From: Azolla caroliniana
Taxonomy: Eukaryota; Plantae; Polypodiophyta
DNA: 64,000 nt
Direction of reading: 5' to 3'
NCBI GenBank assembly: GCA_043228905.1
Contig: JBHGNT010000012.1
Location: forward strand, 6,758,001-6,822,000
Part shown: piece by piece, positions 36,096-51,700 of the stretch
Position numbering within the stretch: the stretch's first letter is position 1
Layout: each line of letters starts with the position of its first letter
Translations under genes and position numbers: made by a program
The notes under the pieces: model-generated
Told to the model about the DNA's origin: nothing
The model's input: the letters and a program-made list of their open reading frames with translations, nothing else
Databases searched by the model: none

Positions 36096-39000
36096 GAAAC
36101 ATATGTGTGTGCATATATGTTGAGCGAGTTAGTGAGTGAGTGTCTATTTTATGTATTTATGATTGATAAAGTGAAACATATACTACTGTTGTTCTCATAG
36201 TTCACTTTGACTTCCACTATAAAATGTAGAATGGTTTTTTTGTTCGAGAAGCCTCATGTGAAAAGTGATTGTAAAGACTGTATTTTCATGATGAGATAAT
36301 AGTTGTGCTTTTGGTGTGATGCACGTAAATGTCGCATATGATGATGGAATCATGTGTTTGTGCAATCAAACGAACAACTCGCATCTTAGAAGACCCAAAC
36401 GCATGAAAGCGTGAACTTTTCTTCTTCTTTTTCTAACTTTGGCCCACCATATTTTGATTATCAATTGTTGCCAAAAACGTTTACTTATCAATTGGTATTA
36501 AAACATATATGTACAGTTTTAAGGAGGGTGCATTTGAAATTCACTAAAAGTGTTGAGAATAGAAAACCATGATAATCCAAACACTACACTATTGCTTACC
36601 CATGCATGAATGTAGAGGAAATGAAATCTCCAAGTCACACAAATATATCAAAAGAACTTAAATATACAAGACTTGCACATTGTGTTTTGAACATGTAAAA
36701 AGGTTTATCGAAAGACTTGGAGCCCTCTCATTAAAGAGATGTAAGTATTCATCAACATGCAAGAGTTTATACATTCAATATTGCTTAGTGTCTACTTTGA
36801 TAGTCTTGTGTAGTATCATATTTGTGAATTGTTTTGAATATTTTCGAATCGCAAACAAACCCATTACTTTATCGGATATGATATCTTTTTTGGCTTGTAG
36901 AAGGGTGCAAATTGTAGTTTTGGAATACAAAATGTTAAGTGTATGCTAAAATAATCTTGTGGTCACTAACTTCAATTAACATTTCGACACTGACATTGTC
37001 TAGATAAACCCTATTAATGGATCTATTACCACTTGGTGAGTTATCCATATATATGTATTGCCTCGGTACATGCATGCCTCAAATGTGGTAGTGCACATCC
37101 AACCTTTGTAAATGCTACAATTGGTGTCTTAATGTCAACAAACTCTTTTCATGATGTTCTTTGTCGAATCAAGTTTTGCGTCTTTCCCATGTATCAACCA
37201 TGATGTTTTTCAAATCTTATGGGCATAATACCATCCTTGGAATTCGGAGAACGAGAGGTTTTTTCTATGTAAGTTGAAAGTTTTATGATTCGTGTAATTA
37301 TTTCTTCCCTTTCGTATTTTGAACTTTGATTATTATATTCGGGCGGAATTCTTCCATCACACTCCACTTGAATATGTCTCATTTATATGTGGTTGGTATT
37401 TTTTTGTCACACTTTACTTGAATATGCCAAAGTGTTATGGGCAATTGCACTAAATAAGCCTCCTTCAAGGATCATGTAGGATAAAGGCATGTCTATGAGA
37501 AAATTGGCTTGGGAATGTAAATTTTGCCATCATTCCAAACCATCAAAACTCATATAAAGGAAATAATGTGATTATGTACATATTCATATAGTAAAGGGCA
37601 AGGTATTGATGACCATTCCAAGTGGCAAGGCAGGGTGTAACAAGGATGCATCTCATTTCAAGCATGCTTCAAATTCCCTTGAAAGTAATTTACTTGTGAA
37701 TGTGGGTAAAGTATAAGAGTGAAAGCATTTCCTTATCCACACCAAATAACTATTCCCTAATTCACACAATGGACACTTATGGAAATTTAAGCCTTGTCCA
37801 TTGCGAACTAATGATGAGACAAAGCAATCATTAACCTGATTTTCTAGTTATACTAGTTTAGAGAATAAAATGGGAGTTCTCACGTAAAAATGGATTTGTT
37901 TGATTCAAACAAATGCACATATATGATTTATGTTTGCTTGCTGAGTTGTAAGACCACATCAGATGTTGTTGCGCTACCAACTAATGGCGATTTTACCCAA
38001 GTAGGGTTGAGTTGAGTAATGTTCCTTTGTCATGTGCATGTGCATGTCCATGTCCATATATATTTGTGTGCATGGGTTTGAGTGGTTGTGTTTGTCTTCA
38101 TGATGTGCATTAATGAAAATAGTTAAGAGATTTAGAAAAAGAAAGCTAAAAGAATTGATGAGGATGAAACTAAGCAAGGGTTCAATCGCGTGATAGATAA
38201 ACAAAGAGGATAAAAGAACCAAGACCATGTGCAAGGTGGAAGTGAAGGTAAAGAAAGAGCACAAAGTTTGGCCATAGTCATCAGCATCCACTAAAAACGC
38301 CTTTGCAACCCTATATTATTTACTTATTGTAATGACATAATGTAATATTAAACCTAACACTCAAGGGCAAGACCAAATCCTAAATCTCATATTACGATTA
38401 TTCATGGACAATATAACAAAAACATACTCCATTTTTGTGTTCCTTCAAAACAAAATAGTTCAAGAAAGAACTGGCCTTGTAATTGAAGAGTTTGGGTCTC
38501 CTCTCACTCATGGAAGGATTGACCCATACATCCTTGCACGCCGGACAAATCAAACTCGTGTACAGTTTTACTCCATCCGATTATTTTTGGGTCAACCCCA
38601 AAATGTAATAAAGCAACTATATCAATCTTAAAAATTATAAGATGTTCATTGTCTCAAATGGTTGAACAAATAAGGCACCTTATCCACGACGATATATACT
38701 TCCATGCACTAAACAAATTCTTGAAAAATAATGGATGATCTTTTTCTGTCTATGTTTTTCCACCATTAACATGACCTCAAGCATTATCCCCCATTGTTGT
38801 TTTATGCTCATTAATTATCAATATCTAATATTCCATCCATTCATAGACGACCATATATGCATTACATACATATGTAATGTTCGATTGGATATTTCAGCAA
38901 CATATAGCTATTTTGATCCCTTCGCCCATGAATTAATTAATGTGTCGGTTTCTATGGTTGCATCTGTGTTAGTTAGTTTGTATTCTTTCTATGATATCAA

Positions 39001-42000
39001 GCAAACTAATCATCATATCATGTGACAACCACATTTTATTTTGGAAGGGATGTGACACCAATGTGGGGCATCATTTTTTTGCAATAGGTTAAACATAAAC
39101 CAATTGTCATTCTCGCCAAACACTCTGTTGTGAAACATTGTTGGTTTCTCGATATCCACAATTTGCCAATTTTTGTTATTATCTAGTTCGGAAGGGTCCT
39201 TACAAATGAATTAGCGAAAGTATAAATCAATGCTAGTTAATAACTTGTAATTGTAGAGATTTAGCACAAGTTCACCACACGTTGATTTGAAGGGTTGAAC
39301 TCCTATACCCTATAATAGGATGATTGTAGAACATCAAGCCACAAGTGCATGTTAAATATTGGGCCCTAAATGTCATTCAATGCAATTACTACTGTGGACT
39401 TGAATTATCACAATAAATTTTGGGCCCTTACCCACTATAAATCCCATACTTTATTACTTATGACAACATCACGAACCATTGAATGTGTGAATTGGTTGAG
39501 TTATGTCACAATTAATCCCCTAGTCCATCACAAATAGACATGTGGTATGTCTCTCTTTCGTTGCTTGTTAGAAGAACTCTAATGCATTTTATATGCGCAA
39601 ACAATATATCAAACCTTCTTATGCTATTTCATTTCTATTTGGCTGTGACGAACCTTTTATTTCTTTAGGTGCCCTTCATTGAGGGGTAGAAAGTGCTTCT
39701 AATACAACTTGTCACTTTACTATCGGTGCTATCGTAACTTAACTATTTGATGTGAAGTGGTTTTTAAACTATTATTAGCTATACATTGGTAGTGGCTTGC
39801 ACACCCACTTGGGGGTATTGGTGCGTGCCTATGGAGAGACAAGATGGTGACAATGATATTATTATTTTATTCAAATGGCTATATGGGGAGAGAAGATGGT
39901 GACCATGATAATATTTTTGTGTCCCATGCTTGTCTATGGAGAGAGACACACACACACACATAGGTGCCAAAATATGGTGGTTTGAACTCACAACCTTGAT
40001 TAATAATGGAATAGCCTACCATAAATTTGATCCAGTTGGGATAAAAATAAAAGAAAATAAAAGGAAGTCAGAGAAGGAGGCCAAAAGCTTTCGTGGCATA
40101 GTGCAAAGTCCAGGCTAATTGAAATTGACAATCTACGATAAATGTCATGCCAGTCCCCTAGTTGGTTTCGCTCACAAGCTCATGAAAAAAAGACTTCCCA
40201 TGTAAGGATGAATCCATAGAACAGTAACTGTACATGCACAACTTTGTTCCAAAAAGGGGGAGGGTAAAAACAAAAGAGTGAGAGAGAGAGAAAAGAAATT
40301 GTCTATGCTCCCGCTCATCTTGTGAAGATGTTGATGAGGAAGAGGGGTACGATGTTATTTTCCTCTTCTCTTACATACTACACAAACGAGGTGTGAATAC
40401 TGGGGGTGGAGTAAATCTCATGACAAATATAATGTGAAAAAAAACAACAACATTTTGGGAACAACGAAATACATTTCTGGCGAGATGCGTGTGAAATGTC
40501 CATTTTCTTTTCTACTTCTTGTGCTTGTGTCAAGAGAGAGAGAGAGTGTGTGTGTGTGTGTGAGCGAGCAAGCATGTGTTTGTGTGTGTGTTGGGGGGAG
40601 GGGAGAGAAAGAAGACAAGTGTTTTTTTTGTTGTTGTTTGCAGTAGTAGTAAGTAGTGTGTAGTACATCTAGAAGTTTAAACTTTAGAAGAAGAAGAAGA
40701 AGAAAACCTTTACTTTTACTCTTCCTTCTCCTTCCTCTGTTTCTTTTTTCTCTCATTTTTATGATGTTTTCTATTTATATAAAACCTTTGCCAAATGCTA
40801 AGGTTTTGTGGAACCTCACTCTTTTTTTCTCTCTTTTTTGGTTGGTTGTGGTTGACCGGACACGTGTGAAACCTCTCAAGTCCCCCCCCCCCCCAAACAT
40901 CTCGCACGTGCTGTCTTTTCACCTTTCTCCACATTTAACAAACATAATAATAATAATAATAATAATACCAACATATCATTTCCTTACTTCCATGGATTTT
41001 AACTTCTTATTGAGCTCCCCGAGTTTTAAGAGATAGGAGGGAGATAATAAACAAGGAAGACGACGAAGATGAAGACAATTACGAAAGTGAAGATGAAGAA
41101 GAAGCGCATTTTGCTTTGTGTCCATGGAGGCCAGTGCTGCCCATTACACCGAAACTATATATATAAACCCTTGCATAGATTCTTCACTTGTTTGCAAAAT
41201 GAAATTTCGTGAACACCTGAACTGGGAGAGTGTTTTGCCTTAATTCTTTGAGCAAGAATATCGCATTGCAGTTTTTCTTTTTTCTTTCGTTTCATGAAAA
41301 AAATAGACCCCACCTCCCCTTTCATGTTATGGTCCTGCATAAACATCACCATTCTCCAGACAAAACATCGCACACATCAATCAAACCTAACCTTTGCTTG
41401 TCTCTCCATAGTTTTTTATATTTTCTCTCTTCTCTCCACATTCATTGGTTCGTTCTCTTTCGTCCATTTCATAGACATTGGTTCAATTCTCGTCTATCAC
41501 TTTCATGTGCATTGGTTGGACGTGGAGTACTGTCTCACATCTCTCTTTATATTTTTGTTTTCCCCTGCTCTCTCTACACGCAGTCAACCAATCAAAGTGA
41601 GTTAACAATAAGAAAGACCATCGACTCAAAGTCGACGATATCTCCTAGGCTAAAAATAGTTGTCCCAACCCTAAAACCATGAAGGCTTTGTTGCTTCTTT
41701 CTTTCTCGTTGTAGTGTGAATGAGCTTTTTGAGATATGAGAATCCTAACGTGAAAACCTTTGATCAGTTTTACACAATTGGAGAAATCTATTGTTGCCCG
41801 ACAAATTGCCTTGCAAAAGCTAGGTATAAGAAAAGAAGTCTCTCATTTTCTTCGTCAACCATCCACATGAACCGAACCTTGGTAACAATGAATATGAGGA
41901 CGTAAAGTTAAGAAGAGAGATATGAGCAAAAACATAAGAACTATCATGGACAAATGAAGAGAAAGAAAAGCATATTTAGTACAAAGAGCACAATAGGCAA

Positions 42001-42638
42001 AGGAGAAGGCGTATTAATGTGGACTACTCACGAGACCTCTAACACACACTGACATCATTTACTTTGTCATAACACATAGCGTATAACTTGTTAGTGGCTA
42101 ACATAGAAAGTGTCACCCCAAACTTAGAAGAAACTGATACTAGGTGTTATTGCATGTGCATTGCATACTAATGTCTAGATGCATTAGTGATACGTTGACC
42201 TAATCGGCTTCTTCGACCGAGTAGGCACTTCCTCGATGATTTATATGTCGACCTCTACTCTAAAGAAATCAATTTAGATAGTTTCCTTGACCGAATGGGC
42301 ACTTCCTCAACAATTTATATATCGACCTTTACTCTAAAGGAATCAATTTGGCTGAACTGGCCAAAGGAGCCAATCTCTTGCCTAAAGGAGATAAATAGAC
42401 AAAACTAGCTTAATGAGGTGAGAGGCATCGACATGTGAAGTGGTAAAATATGTGTGGGTAAAGGAGGAGGTAAAATGCGAGTGTAATTTGGGACGAGTTA
42501 GAATGGCTGGAAATGGAGAGGTAAAAGGGAGGGGGGGTGCGGGGTAAAGACGTAAATGTAGACGTGTGTAAAGGACAAAAAATGGGGTTGAAAGGCCACG
42601 ACCAACAAACAAGAGAGACGGGGACGGACGGATAGACG

Positions 42639-42639
<1 letters not shown>

Positions 42640-42688
<49 letters not shown>

Positions 42689-43199
42689 CAGGTAAGGAGA
42701 AGGATGTGTGTTTGTGTGGGTATAATGTGAAGCATAGTATGAACCATACGTACCATACGTGCATTCTCATTCGTGAAAGAAAACACCCTCAAAGAATGAT
42801 AAATACCATACTTTTGGATTAACTATTTATTATGAGGTAGATAAGCCTAAAAATGAGAAAAAAAACAATAAAAAACATTAAAAAAATGGGGAAAAAAACA
42901 CAAGAATGTTTGAATAACATTCGCATTCGTTGTCCAACGTAGGAAAACGAATGTTATACTAGACGAACACGAATTTTACGTACTATGATGTGAAGTAAAC
43001 AAACAAGAGTAGTGTTATGTATCAACGAGTTGGTTTTTTTTTCTTTCTCGAGAAAACATTTGTTAGCACAAGGAGGAGCAAGGGCTTCATAGTTAAAAAG
43101 AAAAAGAAAAACCAACAAAAAGAAAGAGAAAGAAAGAAAATCCCAGCATTTACTTTTACTTTACTTACTTCTACGACTACTACTACTACTATTTCTACA

Positions 43200-43269
<70 letters not shown>

Positions 43270-43491
43270 AATAATGAGAGAGAGGTGGTAAAAGTAGTAG
43301 TAAGTAGGGCTCTTCCCCCACATTTAGTTCTAATTGTTTTTGGGTATGTGCGCTCTCTCTCTCTCTTTAATGTCATTCAGGGACCCCCAAATTAGATCAA
43401 ACGAATAAATAAAATAAAGGAAAAAAAGGGAAAAAAGGAAAACAAATAATAATAATAAAACCAAAAATCTCTGATGGAAGGAACCCCCAAA

Positions 43492-43535
<44 letters not shown>

Positions 43536-43710
43536 CAGTAGCTGCTGCTTCATTGCTCTTCGCTTCTCTCCCCTCACTCTATTTCTTCTTCTTCTTCTTC
43601 CACCTGCTTCTTCATCTCTTTCTTCTGCTTCTTCCGTTTCTACCACAGATTTGTCGTCTTTGCCCATCACCATCACCATCACCATTACCATTACCATTAC
43701 CATCAGCATC
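42640..43710. repeat. Microsatellite cluster upstream of and in the leader of the cyclin gene: (GATA)n ~42640-42687, (TAC)n(GAC)n ~43170-43268, (CA)n ~43495-43531, (ACCATY)n ~43665-43705
   Basis: Read directly from the sequence. Confidence 0.9.
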
Positions 43711-43799
43711 ACCACCACCATCCATCTTTCTTTCTTCCAATCTGTTTCAGAAGTCTCAGAAGCAGACGCAAACAAAGAGTTCCATTTTTTTTTACCCTA

Positions 43800-46700
43800 A
43801 TGTTGACCATGGATTTTGACGAACGCAGCCTCCTGTGCGCCGAGGAGCTCTTCTCAATACATGATCATTTTCATGATAGCGATGAGAATTCTTTGCATCG
43901 TCACAATAACAGTAATGAATACAACATCAGCAATACAAACTTCATAGCTCAAGCTTTTCCCTCTCCGTCTCCGTCTCCGTCTTCTTCTTCGTCTTCGTCT
44001 TCCGATCGTGAAAACATTCATTATCTCAACGATACTCTTCAGCGTGATATTTTATTGACGAATTTTGGTGGAGACTTCATGCCTTTCTCGTTTCCCCAAG
44101 ATGGAGATGACGAGCTTTCCATAGCTTTTCTTCAGACAAAACACTCAGAATACACTCCTCAGAAGGAGTATTTGTCAGAGATAATGAATCAATCCCGAGC
44201 TAATAGTATTCATCTTGCTGAATATCGATGCAATGCAGCTCGATGGATGATCAAGGTATATAATCATAAAGATAAAACAGCATATTAAAAAGAAAATGAA
44301 AAAATTCTATATCAAAGCTTGATCCGCCATAGCTCCTCTAACTTAATTCAGGAAAACGAGATGCAATGAGATTTCAGCTTAACCTAGAATTCGCAAGTTG
44401 ATAGATGCGTGACCATTGAGTAAATGGAAGGGGATAAAACACGGATTTACTTAAACGCAGTGAATCAATTTGTAGATCGCTATGATCTCCCTAACAATGT
44501 ATAAATGTGGAGTAATGCGAGCAAAAAATACACCTTTTCATGTTTAGAGTATGAATTTTGAATACATACTCGTTTCTTTAGCAGTCGAAATTGTAACATG
44601 AAGATCATATCAATTTCCGGAAATAACATGGGCGCAAACAGTCACACGTTTCTTATTCTTTTCTTTTCACGCTTCTTTCTTGATCAAATGTTTAATGCGA
44701 TCAAAAGGAAATATTTGAAGAGAAAAAACACTCAGTTTGATGAGAAACGTTGAAATATATGTTCGATTTTAGCCAAAGACTAATATGCTTTCTGATTATT
44801 ATATACAGGCTCATTTCATACTCAAATTCAGTCCATTAACAGTTGCTTTGGCTGTAAATTATATGGATCGTTACCTTGCCAAGAATATGTCAATGGTAAA
44901 CATAAATCTTCTGATTCATTCCTCACTGTTTTTAATTTCCACATCTATATATAACCATATACATATCCTGCGTAATTTTCTTGTACATTGTATGTGGAGC
45001 TTGATTTGGCTTACTGATCTGCTCCGTCGAGCTAGATTTCCCTTGCTTGTATGATCCATTAAGCTTATTTTGCCTTACATCTATGATTCATGAAGATTAA
45101 ACAATCCAATCAGCTTTAAAATTTACTTATCCCTTAAAGCTTCAAATCCTGCAGCATTAAGCTTAATTTACCCTTACTTGTATACTCTATTAAGCTTAAG
45201 TTCTCTCCCTCTCTCGTCCTCTCTTTCTTGTGCGATTCATTAAGCTTAATTTGTTGAACTTGCGATCCTCAAAGTTATTTATTTATTTTGGGAGCCTACA
45301 TTGAAACAAGAGTTCATTTTCCTTTACGTATGACATGTATTTTATTTCCTTCTTGCTTTTCAGACATGGAAATCATGGATGATGGAGCTTCTTTCTGTTG
45401 CTTGCCTTTCTGTGGCTGCCAAAATGGAGGAAATTGATGTTCCTGCTCTTCTCGACTTGCAAGTAAGTCATCAAATTGATTCCTCATCATCATCTGTTCT
45501 AACGTCTTGATTGAATGAAAGTATTTCCACCTAAATGGACAATGAGGATTGCAGATAAAGTGTCAAATGCTATTTGTGTCTGGTTACTAGATATTAAATT
45601 TTGCATTTATCTTTTCGTCCGATATTTCCAACAAACTTACCTAAAAATTAGAAATCATCTATAAAAATTGTGCTGCAAACAGTAAGGATTAGTCTCATGC
45701 ACTAATCATGATGTCTTCTGATATTCTCATCGAAATGCATAACTTATTCCTTGGAATCATTCAAATAGCCACCGACCATAACATGTGATTCTTGCGTTGC
45801 TAGTTATAAAGATTGAATTTATGCCTTAATCATGATGCTTTCTAATTTCTCATCTAAGTAAGCCGTTGATCATGAGAAGTGGTTCTCATACTGTTAACTA
45901 ATTTGGAAGGCAGATTTATGCCTTAATAATGTGTATTTTCTTGTCGTTTTTTCATAGAAATAGCCTCTAACTAACTATATGAGGCGATTTTTCTGTGCTG
46001 CGAATCTTGAATAACAGATTTATGCCTTATTCACGTTTTTTCCAGATCTCTTCATCTGAATAGATAATAAGTGTCTCTTCTGTGTTGCATATCCTAAAAC
46101 TTAATACATGCATTTGTCCCGCGTTTCCATCCAAACACATATCTTTAAGAGGTTACCATTCTGGTTTTTGCAAATCCTCAACATTAAGTTCAGTTTGCCT
46201 GAATAGTGATGTTTCTGACATGTTTCTAATTTTGGCACAGATAGATGGGATGGAACATTTATTTCAAGCTAAAACAGTGCAAAGAATGGAATTAAATGTT
46301 TTGAGTGCATTAGGATGGAGATTACGATCAATCACTCCTTTCACATTCCTGGAAAAGGCCATAAATCATCTCAACCTCAACTCAAAGCTTAAAAGCTCTT
46401 TACTGTTTCGCTCATCAGAACTTCTATTAGCATCTTTGGCAGGTACTTCATTATCCATTGCTAATTATTTGTTCATTTGATTCATCTTTTCGCTTCTCCT
46501 TCTTAGATCCATAAGTTTTTTCATTTGATTCATTATTTTTCTTTCTTTGATTCATACTGATTTTTTTCTTCTGCTTTGATTCACATCAATCTCTAACTTT
46601 GCTAGTTTTTTTCCTTTGATTCATAGTTTTTGCCTCTTCTTGTTCTTCTTCGTAGTTTGTTTTCTGTTACGTTTTCGGTTCATATTTCATGTTGATTGTG

Positions 46701-47467
46701 TTTTGTTATATAAAATTGCAGAAGTTGAGTTTCTGGGATTGGAGCCTTTCGTTGTGGCGGTGACAGCAATTTGTTGTGCTTCCGATGAAATTCTTCCCTT
46801 TCGAACTCATCAATTCAAGGATTTGATGCTCAAGTACATTCCCTTAGATGAGGTAACCATGAATCCTTTTAACGATTTGATTGTCATCACATAAGATGAA
46901 ATTAGAAGGCATAAACGATGGGATTCAACATAGGCTTCATCATAACATGTTTGAAGGTTTTAAAAGATTGGCTAAGCACATATTACAATATTTTAAATGA
47001 GCATTATTGGAGATACTACAAAATTTTGAAGACATTTCATCATCATGATGAGAAGATCATGATGTCAAATGAGGATTAGGATAACTATTTTTTATGTGTT
47101 TATAGCTGTCTGATTAACATGCTATCATTGTTCTAATTATCTGATTGAAAACATCATTAGTACATTATTAACAGTATTATTACAACTGTGAACCATGCAG
47201 GAGAAATTGAGAAGTTGTTATTTGCTCATGGAATCCTTAATTGTTGATCCTTTATCATCTCCATCACTAACATTAAGCGGGCATCACAAACTCCCCTTGA
47301 GTCCAAACACAGTGATTCTTCATTATTTAGAAGAAAACAACATCAGCAACAACAGCATAGATAATACTAACAATACTAGCAGCAGATGTGGGCATTCAAA
47401 GTTTTGCGTGGAAAGGATTGATTTACAGGAGCACGATCCTAATCCAAAAAGACAAAGAAGACATTAA
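43800..47467 (+). CDS. CYCD: D-type cyclin, 6 exons: 43800-44255, 44809-44895, 45364-45462, 46241-46442, 46722-46852, 47201-47467 (413 aa; alternative start at 43809)
   Basis: N-terminal LxCxE (LLCAE). Cyclin box R..AARWMIK / FSPLTVALAVNYMDRYL / W.MELLSVACLSVAAKMEE / QRMELNVLSALGWRLRSITPF. All introns are GT-AG and the exons sum to 1242 nt in frame. Internal exon sizes 87/99/202 match plant CYCD genes. Confidence 0.95.
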
Positions 47468-48683
47468 AGAAGAGAGTTTCAGATCAGATAAGCAAATTTG
47501 GTTATATTTGTTTCACCTGATTGTTGCCGCTAATCAGTTGCTCAGCTAAGAAGCAGTTGAAGCTCTGAAGATGAGATAGTATTTTGGAATTCATATTGTG
47601 TGTGAAGAACAGAAGCATCTAGGTCAAAATGACAGTATTGATGATTTGGAAGAAAGAAAGATCCGAAGGATAGTGTTGGTGATTCAAAGAAAAGAAGTGT
47701 TAAAAGGATAGAAGTGATGAAGAAAGATGGATAAAATTATTGAAGGAAAGAAGCTTCCTACATACAAGTATATTGCATCATGAGAAGGCAAGATTTTCAA
47801 TATAGTGCAAAATTTGTATGATGAGAAGAAGGAAAATTTTAAATTGTGTGTGTGCGTGTGAGTGGTTTTTTTCCGAGCATTTTAGGCAGAAAAAAAGAGA
47901 GCTATTTGTGTATATCTCTGAGAAGCTCAGCTCAGTCTGTTGATTTTGACTCTCTCTTTTTCTTCATTCTGCCAATCTGCTTTCAATCCCCTCCCTATAT
48001 AAGTTCTTTTGTAGCCGAGTTATGTTTCTTCCTCTTCTTTTGAGATTGAATGGCAGCAGAAAATGCAGTGAGAATCCCTCCCGAATCTTTGTATTTTCTT
48101 TTTCTTGACATTTCTGCTTTCCTTTTTTTTCACATACAAGACAGATAGAAATTAGAAATGGGACCGGAAATTCCATTATTTCTTTGTTTTCTGATTATTC
48201 AGAAGTTATCAGATGTTCTTCACGTTCAACTTTTGTTTTTCTGTTTCTAATGCAATAATTAGAAGAGAAAAAGTTTCGATCTCTTTTTTTTCCGTTTGTA
48301 ATGTGATACATTTTTGTTTTCTGATCGGAATTCTGGCATCCAATTTGTTAGGAGCCATTAAAACTGTTCAGATTTGTTCTCTGATCAATCTCTTTGTTCT
48401 GGTCATATCAACTGTGAAATACTAATTAAGCCTTCAACATGATTTTTGCTCATTTACTACTCTATTATCATTTACAAGTTCCTTTTATATTGTCGTTATC
48501 TGCATTCACCCAAATCATTTTGACATACACATGTATAATTTTCGTTTCACATTTGATTCATAAACTGAACTCATATAAATGTTTATCCATGTTTGGCGTT
48601 CCAGTTAGGCACATGCAAATATAGTGATAAGTACCCCAAACGTCTCCTTTTACCAGTGTTTGTTTAAATAACTCTTGCATTAT

Positions 48684-48740
<57 letters not shown>

Positions 48741-51700
48741 AACCCCGTCTCTGATTAAGGCCAAAATGGTCCATGAGACATGAACAACAGGTTATGCCTT
48801 AAAAATGCTTGTCTTGGCTCTGAACGAATATTTACATCTTTAAACGAGAAACAAAGGAAGAGAAGTCTTGTAAAGACAACACTATAATGATGGAATAATG
48901 TGATTAAAGCATAGAGAAGAGGGTGTAGTGACAAAAAAGAGGCCATGTTTTGACACAACTTTGTGTTGAAGGATGTGTGATGTGACCAACCATTTGGCAT
49001 GCTCAAACGAAATAAAATAGAAAAAGGATTTTATTTCCATTCTTTCTATACTACTCTTTTTGACCGTTTTTAGAGAAGAGTTGAATCTTTTTTTTTTAGA
49101 GAAGAGAGAGAGAGACTCTCTCTCTCTCTCTCTCTCTCTCGGGAAAGCATTTGATTTGAGAAAAACTACAAATGGAAAGAATTTTTGAGGATTCTGGATT
49201 CTAAGTCTCTCTCTCTCTCTCTCTCTCATAAGTCCCCCACTCCCTTCCCTCTTGTCTAAGGACAAGTCCAAAAAAAAGAAAAAGAAAAAGAAAAATAAGA
49301 GAAAGAGAACTTTTGTATTCATTATTCAAATTGATGCTCACTCTTTCCAGCCCTCGATTGGTTTGTACAAAGAAATTGTTTCTTTTGATATTCAAAAGGA
49401 ACATTTAGAACACGCCATCCTTCTTGTCTGAATATGAATTTGAATAATCTATATTTATAAGGATGAACCTTGTTATAGGATGTTAGATAACTTCATCACA
49501 AAGCATTGCCAAGGGTCTGGGTAGACATCTAGCGAAAAATAATGAGAGAGAGAGAGAGAGGGAGAGAGAGAGGTTACATACCAAAGTGAAAGGATGAACA
49601 AAGTCTACTCTAGAGTCTATACCTTTTATGATTTTATTCATGTAAATTGGATTGCTAAGTTTGTCATACATATTACTTGTTGTCTTGAATTGTTAATACA
49701 GAAATTGTGTAGACAAAAGAAGAACAAACTAAGTAACATGATTAAAATTGCACCAATTGGTGAAAAAAAATCTAGGGAGAGGAGAAATTTTGAACACTCG
49801 AGCATCAAATAACAAAGTAATAAAGAATTTTCCGGACCATTTTTTATCCAAGGTAGATCCATATTAAACATAGTCGTTTTTATAGAAAACTATATTTTGC
49901 TATTCTCTTGTTTAACAGTCTGGCAGACAACATTGAAGGACCTTCAAAAGGTGATAAAATACATGACCAAGTAACATAAGTGGAGAATGCCTAAATTGAT
50001 CTCACCACCACCAAAAGCAACATTGCTACATGTCAAAATTTTTAAAAGATATGTGAAAGATTCTACAATGCCATATTATCTACTCGACTAATGTTAAATT
50101 GATGTTCATATGTAACCTCCTACATCCTTGATTTTTTACGGTAATTGTACCTTGTGAACCGTACCATAAACAAGGTCAATAAGTTTGAAATCTTATGCAT
50201 GCAAGGCCAGGAACATAAAAGCTAGGTCTTATAAAGTTATTAGTTTCTTGTCCAACCATGAACATAAGGTAAATGGACAAAAAAACGTTGATAACGTGAA
50301 TGTGTATGGAACATATACAATGATATTGCACATAAAAGATTTGCACTAGTTTTATGTTATCAAAAAGTGATGCATAGAAAGTCGACTATTTGAAACAATC
50401 CTCATTCAAAACATGACGTGACACGTATGAAGGTTTTGGTAGTTAGACACATTTACCATATTATGGCTCAAAACTTGGGACAATGGCCAAAGAAGATAAC
50501 AATTATTATTTGTGAGAGTTGGAAATTGTTTTCAACAACAAGTTCCAACTTCACGTATTTCGTAGTTAAGCATGACTATCATATGTGATACATTATTTTA
50601 TACGAGTTTAATGGAGGGAAAAGGATCTCAAAATATCTCATAACTTGAAAATGGTTGTGGATGAAATTGAAGAGACAATTTCTAGTGCAATGAAACTTTT
50701 AATGTATTAACAAAACCATCCATAACTTCTTTGAAATGCAAGTTTGTCACATTTCCAAAAGCACATCCTTTTGAGAATATGGTCTGGAATGAAAAGCTCT
50801 CTACGAAAGTTGTTAGGGGTAGAGTTAACCGAGGATTGAAAGTAAAAAAAAAACATGAAGGTTCAAATATTCTCCTTACCAACAAAAAAAGACTTTTCTC
50901 AAGAGCATCCATAAGGAAGCGCTCTTAAAAAACCAACCACATTTAATGAATTTATACTTGTGTTTGGAGGGAGACAATTTCCCAATAGTGGACAAACTTT
51001 CTTTCCTTCTAATGAAAAGTTGAGTGATGGCTTATGTAAATAGAAACTATTAGATAATCGGTGACAGCTCTTCAACGAAAAATCCAAGCTAATGGGCAAC
51101 TTTACTCACGAAGGAGACCACATAGATAATTTAATGAAGTTTATCTATAAATTCGAAATACGATATCTTACTATACCAATGCGTTTTATTTTAGAGCAAA
51201 CTACATAATATACATTATATGCAAATCTTTTTCCATGGAGATGAGACAAAAACAAATTGTACAATGTGGATCAATTTGTCATTTTCAACATCAACTTTAA
51301 CTCTGAAAAGGTTTTTCTTCTCCATCTCTCTCCCATGTAGGAAACCAAAATGTGACATTACATAAAGCCATAACCTTTTCTCATTAGTTTTATGAGTCGT
51401 GGACAATGTGATGTCCATAACTCTTTTCTTTCCCGATCCTCTAGACAAAGAGGGGGAGATCAAAGTTGTGCCCTTGAATATAGACATATATAAGCTTCGT
51501 TGAAACCAAGCTTTTTAGTGTGTTTAGTTTTCTTGTGCACGTGACATGGGAGTTTGAGTTTCACGACCATGTGGGTAGTGGGAAATTGTCAAGGTTTAGA
51601 GAAAATTATTAGCACCAACCTTCAGTTGAAGGGAAATGTTATGGTTGTGTAGGCTTATGATAGAAATTAGAAAGAAAAAGCAAAATTCCTCACAAGACCC

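Noticed and set aside
34205-42400. Short ORFs and possible decayed transposase remnants in AT-rich DNA (also ~50600-51500)
   Set aside because: No recognisable motifs by eye; a profile search would be needed.
43474-43800. 108-aa upstream ORF whose TAA overlaps the CYCD ATG
   Set aside because: Made of microsatellite translations, and its ATG probably lies upstream of the TSS. No support for coding.
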